From the NCBI GenBank assembly GCA_964400645.1, contig CAYNVM010000003.1, forward strand, positions 1-55,799: a stretch of 55,799 nt of DNA, written 5' to 3'. How positions within the stretch are numbered: the first letter of the stretch is position 1; every line of letters starts with the position of its first letter. This DNA is from an uncultured Akkermansia sp. GTDB lineage: Bacteria > Verrucomicrobiota > Verrucomicrobiia > Verrucomicrobiales > Akkermansiaceae. Position numbers and translations under genes: made by a program. The notes under the pieces are model-generated. The model was given only the letters and a program-made list of their open reading frames with translations. It did not search any database and was not told where the DNA came from. Shown here piece after piece: positions 49,973-55,799 of this stretch.

Positions 49973-50899
49973 TCAGTGTTCTGTTTGTGGGCAAAGGTGA
50001 TAGAGCACAGACATACGACAAGCGATGCCATTTTCAACCTGCTTGTTGATTAAGCAGCGTTTGTATTCCATGGCTGCATCACAGATTTCAACACCGCGGT
50101 TCACTGGACCTGGGTGCATGATGTACATACCTTCGCCAGCAATACGTTCCAATCGTTCCTCGGTAACACCGTAGATCTTATTGTATTCTTGGGCACTTGG
50201 AAAGAATGGAGCGTCTTGGCGTTCTTTCTGAACTCGAAGGAGATAGATAAAGTCAGGCTTCCACGCAAAGGCTTCATCGAAGGTCTTAAAGACTTGGATT
50301 CCTGAACAGTTAGCAGGTGGAACAAGAGATCCTGGCCCCATGTAAGCAACTTCTGCGCCTAGACGTTTGAGCAACAGTGATGTTGAACGGGCGACTCGAG
50401 AGTGTAGTATGTCGCCGATGATGACGACTCGGCGTCCTGCGACAGAACCTGTTGCTTCTCTAATGGTAAAAGCATCGAGTAAAGCCTGGGTCGGGTGAGC
50501 ATGTGCACCATCACCAGCATTCACAACACTTGCATTTGTTGCGCGAGCAATAACTGCAGGTAGACCACTGTTGTAGTGACGGACAATAATATAGTCCATT
50601 TTCATCGACTGCAGTGTTGCGATAGTATCGTGTACCGATTCTCCTTTAACAACAGATGAAGTGGAAACAGTAAAGCTTGTTACGTCAGCAGAAAGTCGTT
50701 CTGCTGCAACTTCAAAGGAAGAATGTGTTCTCGTACTTGGCTCATAGAAGAGAGTCAAAACAGACTTTCCCTTGAGCGCAGGTACTTTCTTAACGCTCTT
50801 GGTAAATAATTCCTTCATCGGGCCTGCCGATTCTAGGAGACTGTGAATTTCCTCGTCACTTAGAGAGGCAATATCCAGTAAATCTTTGCGAGGTGTCAT
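49973..50899 (-). CDS. pyrB: Aspartate carbamoyltransferase catalytic subunit
   Basis: FYEPSTRT, HPTQALLD, GDILHSRVARS, RVQKER, MHPGP. Confidence 0.97.
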   Translation of the reverse strand: MTPRKDLLDIASLSDEEIHSLLESAGPMKELFTKSVKKVPALKGKSVLTLFYEPSTRTHSSFEVAAERLSADVTSFTVSTSSVVKGESVHDTIATLQSMKMDYIIVRHYNSGLPAVIARATNASVVNAGDGAHAHPTQALLDAFTIREATGSVAGRRVVIIGDILHSRVARSTSLLLKRLGAEVAYMGPGSLVPPANCSGIQVFKTFDEAFAWKPDFIYLLRVQKERQDAPFFPSAQEYNKIYGVTEERLERIAGEGMYIMHPGPVNRGVEICDAAMEYKRCLINKQVENGIACRMSVLYHLCPQTEH

Positions 50900-50986
50900 G
50901 AGATTGGTTTGAAGTAGGTTGAGAAGCTTGCACTAATGATTTGAATGACTAGATAAGCAGAAAAAAAGCCATTCACTCAAAGAGTG

Positions 50987-51523
50987 TCAGGCTTGAGGGT
51001 AAAGCATAACAGAATCAATTCCTCCTTTTTCTTTCAGGTGGACGACAACATCAGAGGCAGGTTGAGTGAGTTCAAAGCCTACATAATCTGGCTGAATGGG
51101 AACTTCTCGTCCACCTCGGTCAATGAGGCAGGCCAATTCAATGCGAGCAGGTCGCCCATAATCGAAGATGGCATTGAGAGCTGCTCGGATCGTTCTCCCC
51201 GTATTTACGACATCGTCGACAAGGACGACTCTCATGTCATCGGTAGAGAAGGGAAGATTGGATGAACGAAGTGAAGGCTTAGCTTCAAGCTTGAAGATAT
51301 CGTCTCGATAAAGAGAGATGTCAATGGAACCACAAACGGCAACTTGTCCTAACTCTTGAATGTGTCGGGTGAGTCGCTCAGCTAGGATGTCTCCCTGACT
51401 GAGAAGGCCAACGATGGCAAGTGGAGAACTATCATGACGATCCACAATAGCTTGAGCCATTTGGATGAGAGCTGAGCTGATCCCAGTTGCGTCTATTACA
51501 GTTTCAGCGTGTGCTTGGGACAT
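50987..51523 (-). CDS. pyrR: PyrR-like phosphoribosyltransferase
   Basis: IDISLYRDD, LVDDVVNTGRTIRAAL, LIDRGGREVPIQPDYVG. Confidence 0.92.
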   Translation of the reverse strand: MSQAHAETVIDATGISSALIQMAQAIVDRHDSSPLAIVGLLSQGDILAERLTRHIQELGQVAVCGSIDISLYRDDIFKLEAKPSLRSSNLPFSTDDMRVVLVDDVVNTGRTIRAALNAIFDYGRPARIELACLIDRGGREVPIQPDYVGFELTQPASDVVVHLKEKGGIDSVMLYPQA

Positions 51524-51596
51524 TACAGTATGAGAATTTGAAAAGAACCCAAAAGACTTGATGAAGTCAGGCTAGACGAACAGCAAGGAGTCTCAG

Positions 51597-52016
51597 TTAA
51601 TGAGTTGCTTTTTCAGCTAGCTTAAGAATGCGATGTGCTGCCATGGCTGCATTGACAGGAGCCTTCTTGTGCAGCCCCACCGTGGTGCAAGGAACTCCAC
51701 CTGGAACTTGAGAAATAGCCAAGAGAGCATCGATACCATTAAGAGGACCACCAGGAACAGGAACCCCAATAACAGGAAGCGAGCAGCTCATTACAACAAC
51801 TCCTGGCAATGCAGCAGAAAGACCTGCTACAGCCAAAATAACAGCTTGTTCGCCACTCTCCTCTAGGTCCTTAAGGTAAGAAATCAGCTCTGGCAGATCG
51901 CGATGGGCAGAGAGAACAGTTTCTTCATAAGGGACTTTTTGCTCATCCAAGTAGACTCGTGCAGGTTCCATAAATGGTTTGTCGCTTGCACTGCCGTAAA
52001 TCACGATAACTTTCAT
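51597..52016 (-). CDS. purE: AIR carboxylase / N5-CAIR mutase PurE
   Basis: GSASD, SAHR, AGLSAALPG, PVIGVP, QVPGGVP. Confidence 0.92.
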   Translation of the reverse strand: MKVIVIYGSASDKPFMEPARVYLDEQKVPYEETVLSAHRDLPELISYLKDLEESGEQAVILAVAGLSAALPGVVVMSCSLPVIGVPVPGGPLNGIDALLAISQVPGGVPCTTVGLHKKAPVNAAMAAHRILKLAEKATH

Positions 52017-52131
52017 TGTTGTTGGGGGAATGATGTTAAGCCTTTTATTTCACGATTCTAGCTCTCATGCAAGAACTGTGTCTATCCAATATTTTCCCTC
52101 TATTGGGTCCACAGCCTATTGCCCCAATCAT

Positions 52132-52167
52132 AAAACCTCGCCACTGGAGTGATCCAAGTGGCGAGGT
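52132..52167 (-). terminator. Terminator of phosphate transporter gene
   Basis: ACCTCGCCAC/GTGGCGAGGT stem with a T-tract on -. Confidence 0.75.
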
Positions 52168-52203
52168 CGTCTTAGTTACAAAGCTCTATCAAGACAATTC
52201 CGG

Positions 52204-54435
52204 TTAACCGAAGTTCCTTTGATCATTGGCCAAAGCCCTCAATTGAACTGCCATAAATCGACATTCATTGAGCATGCTCAAGTACAATAATGACGACCGG
52301 GTGCGAGTCTGGTTACGTTGAGCTCGTTTAATCTGTCGTTTGGTGACTTTAGCTATGGTCTGGAGGAGTTCCTCCTGGCGGACAACAAGGTAATCGAAGT
52401 TGGAGTAGTCCTTGGTTCGAAGCATCCCCTTGATGTCTTCCAGGAGTACTGCCATCTGGGCGAAAACTTCTTTAAAGTCCTTTACTTGGTCAACATTCAA
52501 TTCTGGGTGATTATTGTCTACGTAAGAGAAAATAGTGTCTGTGAATTGTTGGAGACTCTGCATAGCTTCGTTCAAGTGGTCAAGTGCTTGAACGAAATGA
52601 TAGCCTGTTTCTAGGCTTTGAGACTGCATCTTGTAAAGCAAGGGGAGAATATCGTACTTCTGATGATCCTTACAGACCGTGGCTAGTTCTCTAGCCTCAC
52701 TGTCAAACTCCTTAAGAGCCTTACGATCGTTATCAATAAGTGCATTGACTGTTCCACTGTATATGGTTGTGAACTTGTCAACGGATTCAGAAACTTGTCT
52801 ATTACATACCTCGACGATGTTGTCAGGTGTGATTTGTTCAATGTGCTCTTGAGAGAGTTTGCTCTCACGTTTGCGGTGAGTAATGGCAGACTTAATCAAG
52901 ATAAAGACGACAAGACAGAGAAGAGGAACGATAGCATACCCCTGACCGTAGTGCAGGAGTGTCGCCATGATGCCAGCCATAGTAAAGGCGCAGAGGCCTG
53001 TCATGAACCAACCTGAAATCACGGTGAGAACACCAGTGACTCTGTATACTGCACTTTCTCGTCCCCATGCCTTATCTGCTAGAGAGGACCCCATGGCGAC
53101 CATGAAGGTGACGTAAGTTGTGGAGAGAGGTAGCTTGTATGAGGTCGCCCATGTGATGAGCATGGCAGCCACTGTTAGATTGACAGTGGCTCGAATCAGG
53201 TCAAAGGCTACTCTATCTTTGCTTTCGACAGGTTGTGGGGCTGGATTCCAACGATGGTTCATGCGTACGAGAAGACGGGCTGGAATGAGATGCTTGATGA
53301 GCACGCCTAACGTAATGGCAGAACGAACAATAGCCCTAGCTGGAGGTACGGATCCAAAGCGTTCTATTCCTCCATCTCCTTGACGAGAGAGTTCAACTCC
53401 TGTCGCAATGACAGATTGGGCTTTTTTAGAAAACCAGAGAGCAAAGATCATGATGCTACCTGCAGCTAGCAAAATGTAGTATTCAGCATGAGCTTCTCCA
53501 GCAAGTCCTCCCATGTGGAAGTCTGCAAGTGTTCCTCCTGAGGCAAGATGAGCTTGAGCCAACTCAAAAGCACCTAACCCACCCATAAAGACCCCAATGA
53601 AGTTGACAAGGTCATTACCTGCAAAGGCGAGAGCTAGGGAAAATGTGCCAGCCAAGACAGTCAAACGTAGGATGTTGACCATGAACAGGTGCTGGAGGAT
53701 GGCCATAATGACGGACAGCCCTGCAAAGGTCACCAAAAGGGAGTAGCCCATGTGAGCATCAATCAGCTCAATAAATTCCTTGCTGATAAAACTCATCCCC
53801 TTCATCCCCTTGAAGAGGGCGAAGTAACAGATGGCTGTCATGCCTATACCACACCAGAGTGGGCCAACCCAACGGAAGGCTTTTTGATAGTGGAAGGAAA
53901 AGACAAGCCTAGAGATCCACATGACTGCAGTGCCTACACTGAAGGCGATGACGACTGATAGAAGAATGCCACTGATGATTTCAATGCATTTATCGGTATT
54001 GATGTACTGCAGAAGTTGAGAGGAATGATCCCCTGCAACAGAATAAATTTTGAACAGAGATGTCGCAACTGATGAGCCTAAGAGTCCGAAGACCAACGAA
54101 ACTGTCGTTGATGTTGGTAGCCCAAAGGTGTTGAAGGTGTCTAAAAGTATGACCTCAGCTAGCATGACCCCTAAGAAGAGGAACATCACTTCGTGGAAGG
54201 TGAACATGGCAGGATTGAAAACGCCACTGCGGGCAATCTCCATCATCCCACTAGAAAGGACTGAGCCTAGAAGTACTCCAATTGACGCAACTGCCAGAAT
54301 GACGCGCACTGGGGCAGCTTTTGAGCCAATGGCTGAGGTTAGGAAGTTAACAGCGTCATTAGCGACACCGTTAATGAGGTCGAAAGATGCTAAAAGCATC
54401 AATGCGATCATGATTATCCAATAAATAGTATCCAT
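52204..54435 (-). CDS. Inorganic phosphate transporter (PiT family) with C-terminal PhoU-like helical domain
   Basis: GVANDAVN, GLPTSTT, AGNDLVN, LPLSTTY; start taken at ATG 54435 (MDTIYW). Confidence 0.9.
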   Translation of the reverse strand: MDTIYWIIMIALMLLASFDLINGVANDAVNFLTSAIGSKAAPVRVILAVASIGVLLGSVLSSGMMEIARSGVFNPAMFTFHEVMFLFLGVMLAEVILLDTFNTFGLPTSTTVSLVFGLLGSSVATSLFKIYSVAGDHSSQLLQYINTDKCIEIISGILLSVVIAFSVGTAVMWISRLVFSFHYQKAFRWVGPLWCGIGMTAICYFALFKGMKGMSFISKEFIELIDAHMGYSLLVTFAGLSVIMAILQHLFMVNILRLTVLAGTFSLALAFAGNDLVNFIGVFMGGLGAFELAQAHLASGGTLADFHMGGLAGEAHAEYYILLAAGSIMIFALWFSKKAQSVIATGVELSRQGDGGIERFGSVPPARAIVRSAITLGVLIKHLIPARLLVRMNHRWNPAPQPVESKDRVAFDLIRATVNLTVAAMLITWATSYKLPLSTTYVTFMVAMGSSLADKAWGRESAVYRVTGVLTVISGWFMTGLCAFTMAGIMATLLHYGQGYAIVPLLCLVVFILIKSAITHRKRESKLSQEHIEQITPDNIVEVCNRQVSESVDKFTTIYSGTVNALIDNDRKALKEFDSEARELATVCKDHQKYDILPLLYKMQSQSLETGYHFVQALDHLNEAMQSLQQFTDTIFSYVDNNHPELNVDQVKDFKEVFAQMAVLLEDIKGMLRTKDYSNFDYLVVRQEELLQTIAKVTKRQIKRAQRNQTRTRSSLLYLSMLNECRFMAVQLRALANDQRNFG

Positions 54436-54712
54436 GGGTACTTGGGGTTCGGCGGGCGGAGGGCATCCGCGTGCAACGCCATGGAACTTGTACACATAAT
54501 AATAATCCTTGGCTATTCTTTTTAGTGTTCTTGTGGAGGGAGGAGGTTGCCCGATAATTTTACCTCAGAAAACTCTATGCGCGTAAGTTTCCCGATTCTT
54601 GGCTACAGCCTTGTAACATATTCTATCAATGGCCAAATGTGATGAGAGCTTGACTCTTGTTGTAGAGAAAATTCTCAGTGACATTTTTGTCAGCATTTCG
54701 TATTCTAGAAGG

Positions 54713-55663
54713 GTGAAATTCTATATCTATTCAGTCATAGCGTCGGGACAATTAAATGCTCGTGCGACAGAATTCCACCGTCAGGGGGCCCTTATTCAAA
54801 CTGATGAGGGAGGGGTGGGGTGTATCCATCCTTGGCCGGAATTGGGTGATGCAACCCTTGAAGAAGAATTAGCTGCGTTAAGAGATCGGAAGCCTTTAGC
54901 ATTAGGAAAGCAAGCTCTTGAATGTGCTCGTGTTGATGGTGAGGCTCGTAACAAGGGTGTGAACCTTTTTGATGGCCTTGTTATTCCTAAAAGTCATGCA
55001 ACCCTCCCTCCCAGTGTGAGTCCTGCAACAGTTCGCTTGATGGGACTTCATGGATTCCGAGCCGGGAAGGTTAAGGCGATGACGAGTGCTGAAGCTACGG
55101 CAGAACGACTTTCTGTGTTGGCTTCCGTTGCTCCTGATTGGCGTTGGAGGCTTGATTTCAATGCCATGCTTGAGGAACGCGAAGCGATGATTTTCTGGCG
55201 GAATTTGTCTCCTGAACTTCGTGGACTCATCGACTTCGTCGAGGACCCTTGCCCATTTTCCCGAGAGAGTTGGACTCATCTGATGTCTGAAGGAATGCCC
55301 ATTGCATGCGACTTGTTTTTGGATCCCCAAAATCCACCAATGCAAGATGCTGATACTCCTCCCATTCGGATTATTAAGCCTGCTCGAGAAGCTATCCCTG
55401 CCAAGGGATCTGGTCAGCACGTTTTCACATCGGTTATGGATCATGCTATTGGACAATTGTGGGCAACGTGGAATGCTGCAAAGTATTATGAAGGTACACC
55501 TGTGGATGAGATCCCTCTATGCGGACTTTGTACTCACCTACTTTTCAAGAATGACCCATTTTTCAATGATCTAGGAGAGATGGCTCCTACAATTACCCCT
55601 CCAGCAGGAACTGGCCTGGGTTTTGATCATCTCTTGGCCACTCTGCCGTGGAGCCCTCTCTAA
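54713..55663 (+). CDS. menC: o-succinylbenzoate synthase (enolase superfamily)
   Basis: IHPWPELGD, KVK, RLDFN, FVEDP, IIKPA, TSVMDHAIGQ, GTGLGFD; start taken at GTG 54713. Confidence 0.8.
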   Translation: MKFYIYSVIASGQLNARATEFHRQGALIQTDEGGVGCIHPWPELGDATLEEELAALRDRKPLALGKQALECARVDGEARNKGVNLFDGLVIPKSHATLPPSVSPATVRLMGLHGFRAGKVKAMTSAEATAERLSVLASVAPDWRWRLDFNAMLEEREAMIFWRNLSPELRGLIDFVEDPCPFSRESWTHLMSEGMPIACDLFLDPQNPPMQDADTPPIRIIKPAREAIPAKGSGQHVFTSVMDHAIGQLWATWNAAKYYEGTPVDEIPLCGLCTHLLFKNDPFFNDLGEMAPTITPPAGTGLGFDHLLATLPWSPL

Positions 55664-55706
55664 GAGAGATTGTAAGTCTTAATTAGGACAGGAAAACACT
55701 GAATAT

Positions 55707-55745
55707 TAAAATATGGCATCAGGATTTTCCTGATGCCATATTTTT
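55707..55745. terminator. Bidirectional terminator
   Basis: AAAATATGGCATCAGGA/TCCTGATGCCATATTTT perfect stem. Confidence 0.85.
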
Positions 55746-55799
55746 AAGTAGTACGCCAGGCCTCTATTGGGGTAAATCCCCTAAGTTAGGCTGATGAGA

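Noticed and set aside
54600-54640. Possible Pho box upstream of the PiT gene (TGTAACA...)
   Set aside because: Only one weak half-site; no convincing 11-bp direct repeat

Overview
Mostly core chromosome of a gut Verrucomicrobium, probably Akkermansia-like. This is inferred from the double-length UvrA, long-form IspG, DUF6288-type protein, GH89 and GH29 mucin glycosidases, and C/A-rich leaders without Shine-Dalgarno (SD) motifs. The window holds about 33 CDS, tRNA-Gly(GCC), RNase P RNA, a TPP riboswitch before thiC and many intrinsic terminators. No transposase, integrase, prophage or CRISPR array was seen. The most notable items are: (i) a membrane receptor joining a CHASE2-like sensor to a divergent LMW-phosphatase domain, coupled to an APH/AmgK-like kinase gene and divergent from a 1433-aa DUF6288-type protein with a vestigial kinase N-lobe; (ii) a lipoprotein with three synonymously diverged NLGRFS motifs; (iii) an 11-bp-phased DnaA-box array with a perfect 11-6-11 palindrome and no dnaA nearby; (iv) two unannotated promoter-to-terminator units (candidate sRNAs or sORFs); (v) degenerate PyrC' and PyrR; (vi) a broad AT-rich trough across housekeeping genes. 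All family calls come from motif recognition by eye; no database search was run.
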